A DNA stretch of 64,000 bases from an uncultured Alphaproteobacteria bacterium (GTDB taxonomy: Bacteria; Pseudomonadota; Alphaproteobacteria; HIMB59; GCA-002718135), in the NCBI GenBank assembly GCA_902590695.1, contig CACIXR010000001.1, positions 56,335 through 120,334 on the forward strand. Direction: 5' to 3'. A program made the translations under genes and the position numbers. The notes beneath the pieces were generated by a model, which worked only from the letters and a program-made list of their open reading frames with translations, was not told the origin of the DNA and did no database searches. Position 1 is the first letter of the stretch; each line of letters starts with the position of its first letter. Positions 19,099-27,651 of this stretch are shown piece by piece.

Positions 19099-20064
19099 AT
19101 GAAAAAAATTGCTTCAATTATTCTTGCCTCTGTAGCACTTTTTGCTACTTCAGCGAAGGCAGAATACAAATTTAACTTCGTAATGCACAGTGATACGAAC
19201 AATGCTTTCTGGGCAGCTGTTCACAAAGGTTTTAAAGATGCTTGTGCACAAATTAATGCTGATTGCCAAATGTTAACTCTTTCAGGTGATGGAGACCAAC
19301 AAGAGCAATTACAAAACTTAGAGTCTTCAATAGCTCAAGGTGTTGATGGTATCGTAACTACAATTACTAACCCAACTATCTTTGATGCTGCAGTTGATGA
19401 AGCATTAGCTGCTGGTATTCCAGTAATTACAGCTAATACTGATGATCCAGAAGGTGCTGCTGGTAGTAACAGACTAGCATATGTTGGACAAGACTTAGAA
19501 GCAGCTGGTTATGAATTAACAGCTAATCTTTCTGAAATGTTTCCTGATGGAGATATTCACGTTCTAATCGGTGTTGCAGACATGAACCAATCATGGGCAT
19601 ACACTAGAGGAAACGGTATTGCACGTTTCATGGAAGATTACAAAGCAGCTAACCCTGATAGAAAAGTAACTTATGAGAAAATCGAGTCAGGTCTAGATCT
19701 TTCAACTGTTGGAAACAGAGTGGCAGCTTATGTTCAAGCTAACCCAAATACAACTGCATATCTTGATGTAGGTTTCTGGGAAGCTGGTGCAGCTGCAGCA
19801 GTAAGAAACTTAGGTTACGGACCTGGTGAAATACTTCTTGCTGGTTTTGACTTAGTTGACGTAGTTTTCGAAGAAATGGACAAAGGTTATGTTCAACTAA
19901 CAGTTGACCAACAACCATACTACCAAGGTTACATGTCAGTTCACCAATTATACTTAATGAACAAGTATGGTTTAAGTGCACTAGATATCAACACTGGTAA
20001 AGCTATGATTGGTCCTGATGATGTTGAAACAATCAGATCATTCAAAGGAATGTCAGTTAGATAA
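19099..20064 (+). CDS. periplasmic sugar-binding protein (type I PBP)
   Basis: Signal peptide MKKIASIILASVALFATSAKA, AGGAGG RBS, PBP-like sequence, strong terminator downstream. Confidence 0.9.
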   Translation: MKKIASIILASVALFATSAKAEYKFNFVMHSDTNNAFWAAVHKGFKDACAQINADCQMLTLSGDGDQQEQLQNLESSIAQGVDGIVTTITNPTIFDAAVDEALAAGIPVITANTDDPEGAAGSNRLAYVGQDLEAAGYELTANLSEMFPDGDIHVLIGVADMNQSWAYTRGNGIARFMEDYKAANPDRKVTYEKIESGLDLSTVGNRVAAYVQANPNTTAYLDVGFWEAGAAAAVRNLGYGPGEILLAGFDLVDVVFEEMDKGYVQLTVDQQPYYQGYMSVHQLYLMNKYGLSALDINTGKAMIGPDDVETIRSFKGMSVR

Positions 20065-20071
20065 ATATCTT

Positions 20072-20105
20072 AACCAGGCTCTTTAAAAAGAGCCTGGTTT
20101 TTTTT
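20072..20105 (+). terminator. rho-independent terminator / intra-operon attenuator
   Basis: A perfect 13-nt inverted repeat, AACCAGGCTCTTT (20072-20084) with AAAGAGCCTGGTT (20087-20099); the innermost A:T pairs must open to form the loop. A run of eight T (20098-20105) starts in the right arm. Confidence 0.9.
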
Positions 20106-20119
20106 AAAATAAAAAAAAT

Positions 20120-21100
20120 ATGAGTAAAAATTTTAGTCTTAGAAGTTTATTAGTAAGACCAGAAGTAGCAACCTTCTTAATGTTTCTAGCAATAATGATT
20201 GGATTTTATATTGCTAATGAAAGATTTTTAGATGCAAGAAATATAAGAATAGTTATGGGTATTACACCCGAATATATTATTGTTGCTATTGGCATCGCAA
20301 TATTAATGATCTCAGGTGAATTTGATTTATCTGTAGGCTCTGTTTTTGCATTAGTCCCGATGACTATTGTACAAATGGTGCATCAAGGGATACCACCTTG
20401 GTTCGCTATTTTTCTAGGATTAATGATTGGTATTATTGTTGGTTTTGTTAATGGATTTATTACCTTAAGATTTGGTATTCCTTCTTTCATCGCAACTCTT
20501 GGAATGCTCTATATTGCTAGAAGTCTTACAACTGTAGCTACTGCAGGATTTCCACCACCATTTCCTCATATTTTACCAAATGAGTTATTCGTTTATCAAT
20601 TTGAGTTATTTAGAGCTTCCTTATACTGGGCTCTTTTAGTTGCCGTAGTTTTAGGTGTTATGCTTCACAGAAGTAATGTTGGTAACTGGATCTATGCAAC
20701 TGGCGGAGATCAAAACGCAGCATCTTCAATGGGAATAAAGACTGGAAACGTTAAAATGTTTTGTTTCATCTTATGTGGTTTTTTAGCTGGCTTTGCAGGA
20801 ATGATTCAAACATTTAGATTGGAAGCACCATTACCATCTCAAGGATACTTATTAGAACTAGAGTCAATTGCTGCAGCAGTTATTGGTGGTGTCAGTTTAT
20901 TTGGAGGTATCGGAACAGTTTTTGGTGCCGTTATTGGCGCAATACTAATTAGGTTTTTAGAAAGTGGAATCATTATGGCTAGAATAGATGCTGAATGGTT
21001 TAGAGCAGGTTTAGGCTCTTTAATTATCATAGCCGTAGTGTTTAATACTTATATAAGTAGAAGAGCGACACGAATTGGTCAAAACAAGGCAAAGGATTAA
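20120..21100 (+). CDS. sugar ABC transporter permease (RbsC/AraH-type)
   Basis: Polytopic membrane protein with 'EFDLSVGS' and 'TGGDQNAASSMGI' motifs. Confidence 0.88.
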   Translation: MSKNFSLRSLLVRPEVATFLMFLAIMIGFYIANERFLDARNIRIVMGITPEYIIVAIGIAILMISGEFDLSVGSVFALVPMTIVQMVHQGIPPWFAIFLGLMIGIIVGFVNGFITLRFGIPSFIATLGMLYIARSLTTVATAGFPPPFPHILPNELFVYQFELFRASLYWALLVAVVLGVMLHRSNVGNWIYATGGDQNAASSMGIKTGNVKMFCFILCGFLAGFAGMIQTFRLEAPLPSQGYLLELESIAAAVIGGVSLFGGIGTVFGAVIGAILIRFLESGIIMARIDAEWFRAGLGSLIIIAVVFNTYISRRATRIGQNKAKD

Positions 21101-21102
21101 AG

Positions 21103-21840
21103 ATGGAAGATATAATAGTTTGTGAGGGTCTAAACAAATACTATTCAGGAGTTCATGCTTTAAAAGATTTAAGCTTAAAGATAAAAAAAGACTCTGTTGT
21201 TGGTCTTATTGGAGACAATGGTGCTGGCAAATCAACATTAATCAAAATTTTATCTGGTGCACATCAACCTGATTCAGGTCATATATATTTTGAAGGTAAT
21301 AAGGTTAAATTTAAATCTACAAAAGAAGCCATGAATTTAGGTATTGAAACAATTTATCAGTATTCAGCTTTGATCCCTGAAATGTCTATTGCAAGAAATA
21401 TTTTTATTGGACGTGAACAAACTCAATATAATGTTGGCAATTTTGGTTTGATGAAAACAAAAACCATGCAGGACGATGCGATGAAAGCATTAACAGATGT
21501 TGAACTGCATCTTCGATCTCCAGATACACCAGTTAACCAATTATCTGGAGGTGAAAGACAGGGTGTTGTCATTGCAAGAGCAATGTATTTTAAATCAAAA
21601 GTTTTAATATTAGACGAACCAACAAACCACCTATCAGTAAAAGAAACAAATAAAGTACTAAGGTTTGTAGAAGGATTAAAAAGCCAAGGCGTGACATCAA
21701 TATTTATTACTCACAACTTGAGTCACGTGTATCCAATTGCTGATCATTTATGTGTAATGGCAAGAGGTGAAAAAATTGCTGATTTGGATAAAAAGGATAC
21801 AACAATAGATCATCTCACTGATTTATTAGTAAATGGATAA
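21103..21840 (+). CDS. sugar ABC transporter ATP-binding protein (single nucleotide-binding domain)
   Basis: Walker A GDNGAGKST, signature LSGGERQ, Walker B LILDEPT. Confidence 0.9.
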   Translation: MEDIIVCEGLNKYYSGVHALKDLSLKIKKDSVVGLIGDNGAGKSTLIKILSGAHQPDSGHIYFEGNKVKFKSTKEAMNLGIETIYQYSALIPEMSIARNIFIGREQTQYNVGNFGLMKTKTMQDDAMKALTDVELHLRSPDTPVNQLSGGERQGVVIARAMYFKSKVLILDEPTNHLSVKETNKVLRFVEGLKSQGVTSIFITHNLSHVYPIADHLCVMARGEKIADLDKKDTTIDHLTDLLVNG

Positions 21841-21854
21841 TTTTGGGAGGAATT

Positions 21855-22790
21855 ATGATTAGTGATGCGCAAATAAAACAATATAACGAAGAAGGTTATA
21901 CGATCGTTGAAAATGTTTTTAGTATGGATGAGTTAAATCCAATATTAAATGAATTTGAAGAAATTGTTGATGATTTTGCAGAAAAAGCTTTTCAAGCTGG
22001 AAAAATTACAAACAAACATGATGATAAAGATGTTTTTAAAAGACTAGCTGCTCTCGAAAGAGATTTTAAAGGTTCTTCGGTTTTAATTCATCATAGAGGT
22101 GAATTAAAACCAGCACTTGCTAACTTATGGGGATCAAAAAAACTTTTAGATATGGTTGAAAATTGGGTTGGTAAAGATATTTCTGGTCATCCAGTTTGGA
22201 ATATTAGATCTAAAACACCTCAGACAGCTAGGATGACAGTTCCATGGCACCAAGATTCTGCTTATTTAAAAGATGGAGCAGAAAAAACCACTCAGCCTGC
22301 TGCGTGGATTCCATTTATAGATGTAAATAAACATAATGGATGCATGCAAGTTGTTCCTGGGGGACATAGACCAGAAAGAGTTTTAAATCATAAATTAGAA
22401 AAGAAAGATGGTTCAGTAAAAGATTCTTGGTATTTATTTATTGAAGACAAAGATATTCCAGAGGAGAAAGTCGTTACTTGTGAAATGAAGGCTGGTTCAG
22501 TTTTATTTTTACATCAATTAGTTCCTCATCGATCACTTGAAAATTTATCTGAGGATGTAAGATGGAGTGTTGACCTAAGATTTCAAAATCCAAAAGATGA
22601 AGCTGGTTTTCATACTGGTTTGGTTGATCCAATCATAATGAGAAAATCAGAAGACCCAAGCTATACAGCTGATTGGGATTCTTGGTTTAAAGGTTATGAA
22701 GAAGAACACACTAAATTTAGAGGGACTTCAAAAAAAGACCAATTTGACTCCACAGTTGATGGGTCATGGTTAGAGCGTTGGGATAATTAA
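21855..22790 (+). CDS. phytanoyl-CoA dioxygenase (PhyH) family Fe(II)/2-oxoglutarate oxygenase
   Basis: 'YNEEGYTIVENVF' N-terminus, HxD in 'WHQDSAY' and a distal His in 'LVPHRS' forming the facial triad. Start set at ATG 21855 after GGGAGG. Confidence 0.75.
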   Translation: MISDAQIKQYNEEGYTIVENVFSMDELNPILNEFEEIVDDFAEKAFQAGKITNKHDDKDVFKRLAALERDFKGSSVLIHHRGELKPALANLWGSKKLLDMVENWVGKDISGHPVWNIRSKTPQTARMTVPWHQDSAYLKDGAEKTTQPAAWIPFIDVNKHNGCMQVVPGGHRPERVLNHKLEKKDGSVKDSWYLFIEDKDIPEEKVVTCEMKAGSVLFLHQLVPHRSLENLSEDVRWSVDLRFQNPKDEAGFHTGLVDPIIMRKSEDPSYTADWDSWFKGYEEEHTKFRGTSKKDQFDSTVDGSWLERWDN

Positions 22791-22804
22791 TTTAATTATC
22801 AAGC

Positions 22805-23788
22805 ATGGAAATTAATCTCGATGATTGGTACAGACCAGAAGTCGACAGAAAAAAATTAAAAGCCTTAAGTAAAAGAAAAGATTTACCTGGACTAATCCAT
22901 TTCTTCTTTTATTTTTTATCTTTATTTATTTCAGGATATTTAGCATACATTACTTTAGGTACGTGGTGGACATATCTATTCTTTTTTATTTATGGTACAA
23001 TTTACGCGTTCAGTGTAGCAAACTGGCATGAAACTGTTCATCGAACTGCATTCAAGACTCGTTGGATAAATGAATTTTTTTACCACATCAGTTCTTTCAT
23101 GTGTGACTTTGAAGGTTTTAGATGGCGCTGGAGTCATACTTTTCATCATTCAAAAACCATGCAAACAGAAGATGACTATGATCACGAAATACAAGTCTCA
23201 AGACCAATAGAATTATTTGCATTTTTTTTAAATTTTATTCCTCTAACAGATTTATTATACCCACATAAATTAATTAAGTTTGAAGTTCTAAAACATGCTT
23301 TTGGAAAATTCACTCCAGTTATTGATATAACAGCACCTAAAGAAGAAAAGAAAAAAATTCTTTGGAACTCAAGATTATATGTTTTTATTTGGTTAACAGT
23401 TATTGCATATTCTTTTTACTTAGGTTCTTTCTTACCAATAATTTATATTATTTTACCAACTTATATTGGGAAGCCAATTTGGTTTGCTGTTAATGTGACT
23501 CAACATCTAGCTGCTAAAGTTGACACAAAAGATCATCGCTTAAGCACTTACTCTGTGAGAATAAATCCAATATTAAGTTTTTTATATTGGCACATGGAAT
23601 ATCATTTAGAGCATCATATGTTTCCTATGGTGCCTTCATACAATTTAAAAAAATTACGAAAAGAAATTGATAATGAACTACCGAAACCATTTAGTAGTCT
23701 TTTTGATTTTTATAAAAAAGTTTTGCCAGCTGTCATAGCTTTGGCTACTGATCAAAATAAATATTATAAAGTGAAGTTAAATAATTAA
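22805..23788 (+). CDS. membrane fatty-acid-desaturase-family di-iron protein
   Basis: Three His boxes (HETVH, HTFHH, HLEHH) and hydrophobic helices. Confidence 0.75.
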   Translation: MEINLDDWYRPEVDRKKLKALSKRKDLPGLIHFFFYFLSLFISGYLAYITLGTWWTYLFFFIYGTIYAFSVANWHETVHRTAFKTRWINEFFYHISSFMCDFEGFRWRWSHTFHHSKTMQTEDDYDHEIQVSRPIELFAFFLNFIPLTDLLYPHKLIKFEVLKHAFGKFTPVIDITAPKEEKKKILWNSRLYVFIWLTVIAYSFYLGSFLPIIYIILPTYIGKPIWFAVNVTQHLAAKVDTKDHRLSTYSVRINPILSFLYWHMEYHLEHHMFPMVPSYNLKKLRKEIDNELPKPFSSLFDFYKKVLPAVIALATDQNKYYKVKLNN

Positions 23789-23789
23789 T

Positions 23790-24215
23790 TTACCAAGAAC
23801 CAGAATTTTCCATAGACTTCCATGGTTCTTGTTCAGGTAAAGATTCCCCTTCTTGTAAGATCTCAATGGAAATTCCATCGGGAGAGCGAACAAAAGCCAT
23901 ATGTCCATCACGAGGTGGTCTATTAATTGTGACGCCGTTTTTCATTAATTTTTCACAAACTTCATAAATATTGTTAACACTGTAAGCTAGATGACCAAAG
24001 TTTCTTCCCCCAGTATATTTTTCAGGATCCCAATTATAGGTTAATTCAAGAAGACCTGTTCTTTCATCGCTATTTTCAGCAGCTAAAAATATTAGGGTAA
24101 AACGACCTTTTTCATTGTCAACACGTCGCACCTCTTTTAATCCAAGTTTGTTACAGTAAAAATCTAGCGAAGTATCAATGTTCTCAACCCTCACCATTGT
24201 GTGTAAATATTTCAT
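23790..24215 (-). CDS. gloA: lactoylglutathione lyase (glyoxalase I)
   Basis: 'HTMVRVENIDTSLDFY...LG' N-terminus and 'ELTYNW...GNFGHLA' are typical of GloA. Start set at ATG 24215. Confidence 0.8.
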   Translation of the reverse strand: MKYLHTMVRVENIDTSLDFYCNKLGLKEVRRVDNEKGRFTLIFLAAENSDERTGLLELTYNWDPEKYTGGRNFGHLAYSVNNIYEVCEKLMKNGVTINRPPRDGHMAFVRSPDGISIEILQEGESLPEQEPWKSMENSGSW

Positions 24216-24308
24216 AAAAACTAACAAATATTAACATAATTTTAAATTTATTTTCAATTGTTATTTTACTTATTTCACGTAAAATAAAATTCAAATAGGG
24301 AGGAATTA

Positions 24309-25841
24309 ATGAAGAAGAAAAAAGAATTAAAAATCTCTAGACGTACAGTTATGAAAGGAGCTCTTGCTGCGGGTGCAATGATGTCAGCAGGATCTATACC
24401 TTCAAAACTATTTGCTGGAGAATTTAATATTCCTGATCCACTAAAACCACTACCAACAACTGGTGGTAATATGCGATGGATTGATAGTGGCGACATGAAA
24501 GGTGTCTTTTGGAAAAAACTTTTTCCAGAATATGCAGCTTCAAGAGGTATCACTATTGAATATGATGGTTTGCCATGGAAAGAAATAAATAAAATTGTTC
24601 CAATTGCTATAAGAAATGGAACTGTTCATGATGTATTCCAATTACCCATAGGAATGGATCCAGGTGTTGCAGTATCTGAAGGTTGGGTGCAACCATGGGA
24701 TGACTACATAGAAAACATCGACGAATGGTTAGGTGCTTTTCCTAGTGGTGTTTATCTTCCTGGTGTCAACCAATTCAATGGAAAGACTTATGGAACATGT
24801 TTAACGGCAAATAAGAGAACGGGAACTTGTCTTTTATATAGTGAGAAATATATGAGTGAGGCTGGTTACGATCCTCAAGCTGGTCGTATGACATATTCTG
24901 AAATCAGAGATGCTGCTAAAAAAATTACTAAAAATGGAAATGGTCAGTATTATGGTTGGATTATTGGTGGTAACCAAGTTAATCGATGGGAAGATGTTGT
25001 CCATACATTTGGACAAGTAGGTGGAGCACATAGTGGAAGAGGTGGTTTTACAAACAGACACATTAACTTCCAAAATGGTAAATTCCAAATTGCATCTGAT
25101 CAATATATGGAAGCAGTTGAACTACTTCTTCAATTAAAATCAGATGGCAGCGCTTTCCCAGGAGTTATGAGTATGAATGCTCCTCAAGCTAGAGCTTTGA
25201 TGCCACAAGGTGCAGCAGGAATGATATTCCAAGGTCCTTGGTGTATTGGAGTTTGGGGAAGAGATGCTCCAAATTGGAAATACGGTATTGCAAGTGAACC
25301 AGTTCCAGATGGAAAAGAAGCACAACCACTTTACATTGCAGAAGGTGGATCAAATACATTTTGGTTAAGTGCTAATAGTACAATGGGTCCATTTGCTGGT
25401 GACCTGATTAGATTTATGGGAACTGAGCAAGGTCAAATTTACTGGGCTCAAACTGTTGGTGCAGCAGATCCTGCTGTTAATCCAGATGCAGTTGCTAAAG
25501 CTGGTTTAACTGGACCATCAGCACAAGCTTTAGCTATGTTTGCTGAAAACATACTTGTTGGACCTAACCCAATTGTAAGAAATAAAGATGTTGGTATTGT
25601 AGCCGCTAAGTCTAGAGTACCAGATCCATCATTAGCTTTAGTTATTCAAGGGTTGTATACTGGACAACTTAAAGGTGTGGAAGCACAGCTTAAAGATTGT
25701 AATCAAAGATACGAAGATGCTCTTGATAAAGCTGTTGAAGAGGCAAGAGCAGACGGTGCTAATGTAACTCGTGATGATTGGGTTTTCCCTAATTGGGATG
25801 TATACTCAAATTACGGTGCTGAAAAGTATCAAGAAATTTAA
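24309..25841 (+). CDS. extracellular solute-binding protein, CUT1-type (family 1), Tat-like signal
   Basis: 510 aa. N-terminus KISRRTVMKGALAAGAMMSAG resembles the twin-arginine consensus. GGGAGG RBS upstream; followed by a hairpin and two MalF/MalG-type permeases. Confidence 0.85.
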   Translation: MKKKKELKISRRTVMKGALAAGAMMSAGSIPSKLFAGEFNIPDPLKPLPTTGGNMRWIDSGDMKGVFWKKLFPEYAASRGITIEYDGLPWKEINKIVPIAIRNGTVHDVFQLPIGMDPGVAVSEGWVQPWDDYIENIDEWLGAFPSGVYLPGVNQFNGKTYGTCLTANKRTGTCLLYSEKYMSEAGYDPQAGRMTYSEIRDAAKKITKNGNGQYYGWIIGGNQVNRWEDVVHTFGQVGGAHSGRGGFTNRHINFQNGKFQIASDQYMEAVELLLQLKSDGSAFPGVMSMNAPQARALMPQGAAGMIFQGPWCIGVWGRDAPNWKYGIASEPVPDGKEAQPLYIAEGGSNTFWLSANSTMGPFAGDLIRFMGTEQGQIYWAQTVGAADPAVNPDAVAKAGLTGPSAQALAMFAENILVGPNPIVRNKDVGIVAAKSRVPDPSLALVIQGLYTGQLKGVEAQLKDCNQRYEDALDKAVEEARADGANVTRDDWVFPNWDVYSNYGAEKYQEI

Positions 25842-25852
25842 ACAAAATATCT

Positions 25853-25883
25853 AAAGGCGAATTTTTTAAATTCGCCTTTTTTT
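25853..25883 (+). terminator. rho-independent terminator / intra-operon attenuator
   Basis: AAAGGCGAATTT (25853-25864) pairs with AAATTCGCCTTT (25868-25879), loop TTT. The seven-T run (25877-25883) ends 3 nt before the permease ATG. Confidence 0.85.
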
Positions 25884-25886
25884 ACT

Positions 25887-26801
25887 ATGCACAAAAAACC
25901 TCTATCTAAACAAATATATGATGCAAGATGGTGTTACTTATTTGTTTTACCATGCTCAATTCTTACAGGAATGTTTGTCATTTATCCGATTGGAATGTCT
26001 TGGTACTTTTCTTTATTAGATTGGAGTGGTTTTACAAAAGAAGCAAAATTTATTGGCCTTCAAAATTATTATGAAGCTGTCAATGATAAATTCTTTTGGG
26101 ATGCATTCATTCGTTCTTTTATTTTTATGTTTGGAACAGTTCCAGTAAAAATTGTTTTAGGATTTATAATTGCAGTATTTTTAAATAATCAAGTTTTGAA
26201 ACTTGCCCCTTTCTTTCGTACTGTAATTTTTATGCCTGTAGTTACTGCAATTGCTATCATTGGTATTGTAATGACTTTTGTTTTTAGTCCTTTTAATGGA
26301 CCTGCTAATAAATTTTTAATGTCTACTAATTTAACTTCTGCTCCAATTGATTTTCTTGGAAACCCAGATACGGTGCTTCCAACTGTAATGGGAGTATATG
26401 TTTGGAAATGGCTAGGGATAACCATGATGTATTGGCTTGCTGCCTTACAAACAGTCCCGCAAGATGTTTACGATGCTGCAAAAATTGATGGTGCTGAAGG
26501 ATATAGATTATGGATCCATATTATTTTACCAATTGTACTACCTTTTGCTATTGTCATTATTCTTGTGGAGGCAGTTGGAGCGCTAAATGTTTTTCCTTTA
26601 ATTGAAACTATGACTGCTGGAGGACCATTCTTTAGTAGTGAAGTTATGGAGATATATATTTTTAGAACAGCTTTTGTGACTGATTCTGGCACAATGCCTA
26701 GGCTTGGATACGCTTGTGCTGCAGGAGTATTTTGGGGTGTTGCTGTTTTATTTATTACAGTGCTTCAGGGATTATGGATGAGGAGAACTCGAAGAATATG
26801 A
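25887..26801 (+). CDS. carbohydrate ABC transporter permease (MalF/UgpA-type)
   Basis: Six or more TM segments and the EAA loop 'YDAAKIDGAEGYRLWIHIILP'. Confidence 0.88.
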   Translation: MHKKPLSKQIYDARWCYLFVLPCSILTGMFVIYPIGMSWYFSLLDWSGFTKEAKFIGLQNYYEAVNDKFFWDAFIRSFIFMFGTVPVKIVLGFIIAVFLNNQVLKLAPFFRTVIFMPVVTAIAIIGIVMTFVFSPFNGPANKFLMSTNLTSAPIDFLGNPDTVLPTVMGVYVWKWLGITMMYWLAALQTVPQDVYDAAKIDGAEGYRLWIHIILPIVLPFAIVIILVEAVGALNVFPLIETMTAGGPFFSSEVMEIYIFRTAFVTDSGTMPRLGYACAAGVFWGVAVLFITVLQGLWMRRTRRI

Positions 26802-27649
26802 GTAGTTACTTAAATTTTATTGCTGAAAAAAACCAAGTTAAATATTTAATTATAACTATAGCTTTTATTATTTTCTCTTTCTTTTGGATCTATCCATTAC
26901 TGTGGGTACTTTCAGCCTCTTTCAAAACAGATTTTGAAATTTGGGGAGGCTTAGGCTTAATCCCTGACCGGCTTGTTTGGGAAAATTTTGAAAGAGCATG
27001 GTTTGGTGCAAATATGGGTAGGTATTTTTTTAATACCCTTATTATTACAGTTGTTTCTGTAATTATAGTTGTCGTAACAACTGGTATGTTTGGTTACGTA
27101 ATTGGAAGATATTCATTTCCAGGAAAAAAAATACTTATTGGAATTTTAATTAGTACAATTTTTATTCCTCAAGGTTACACAATTATTCCTGTTTTTGATT
27201 TATTAAATAATTTGAATATTTCTAAAAACTTAATTGGACTAACACTCGCAACAGCAGGACACACCCCTGTAATTTATATTTTATTGTTTGCAGGATATTT
27301 TTCGAGAGTTCCTGTAGAGCTCGAAGAAGCAGCTAAGATGGATGGAGCGGGTTTTGTTCGAACATTTATTTCAATTATGTTACCTTTAACCAAACCAGTA
27401 GTAGCCACTGTTTCTATTTTACAAGTTTTACATGCATGGAATGATTTTTTATTACCAGTCGTCATCACATTAGGTAATCCGGATATACGAACACTATCCG
27501 TCGGTGTGTACGCTTTTAAAGGAGAATACTTTGTCGATTGGTCTGGTATGGCAGCTGCATCTGTTATAACTATTTTGCCTATAATTATTTTATTTTTGTT
27601 TATGCAAAAATATTTTGTTGAAGGTGTTCAAGGAGCTGTAAAAGGGTAA
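26798..27649 (+). CDS. carbohydrate ABC transporter permease (MalG/UgpE-type)
   Basis: EAA loop 'EEAAKMDGAGFVRTFISIMLP'. Start set at ATG 26798, giving an ATGA overlap with the upstream stop, instead of the track's 26714. Confidence 0.88.
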   Translation: MSSYLNFIAEKNQVKYLIITIAFIIFSFFWIYPLLWVLSASFKTDFEIWGGLGLIPDRLVWENFERAWFGANMGRYFFNTLIITVVSVIIVVVTTGMFGYVIGRYSFPGKKILIGILISTIFIPQGYTIIPVFDLLNNLNISKNLIGLTLATAGHTPVIYILLFAGYFSRVPVELEEAAKMDGAGFVRTFISIMLPLTKPVVATVSILQVLHAWNDFLLPVVITLGNPDIRTLSVGVYAFKGEYFVDWSGMAAASVITILPIIILFLFMQKYFVEGVQGAVKG

Positions 27650-27651
27650 AT

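Noticed and set aside
21855-23788. PhyH dioxygenase or desaturase-family protein as the missing sulfatase maturase
   Set aside because: Neither has any similarity to FGE or radical-SAM anSME families, and they are separated from the sulfatases by gloA on the opposite strand. The idea is kept only as an explicitly unsupported aside.
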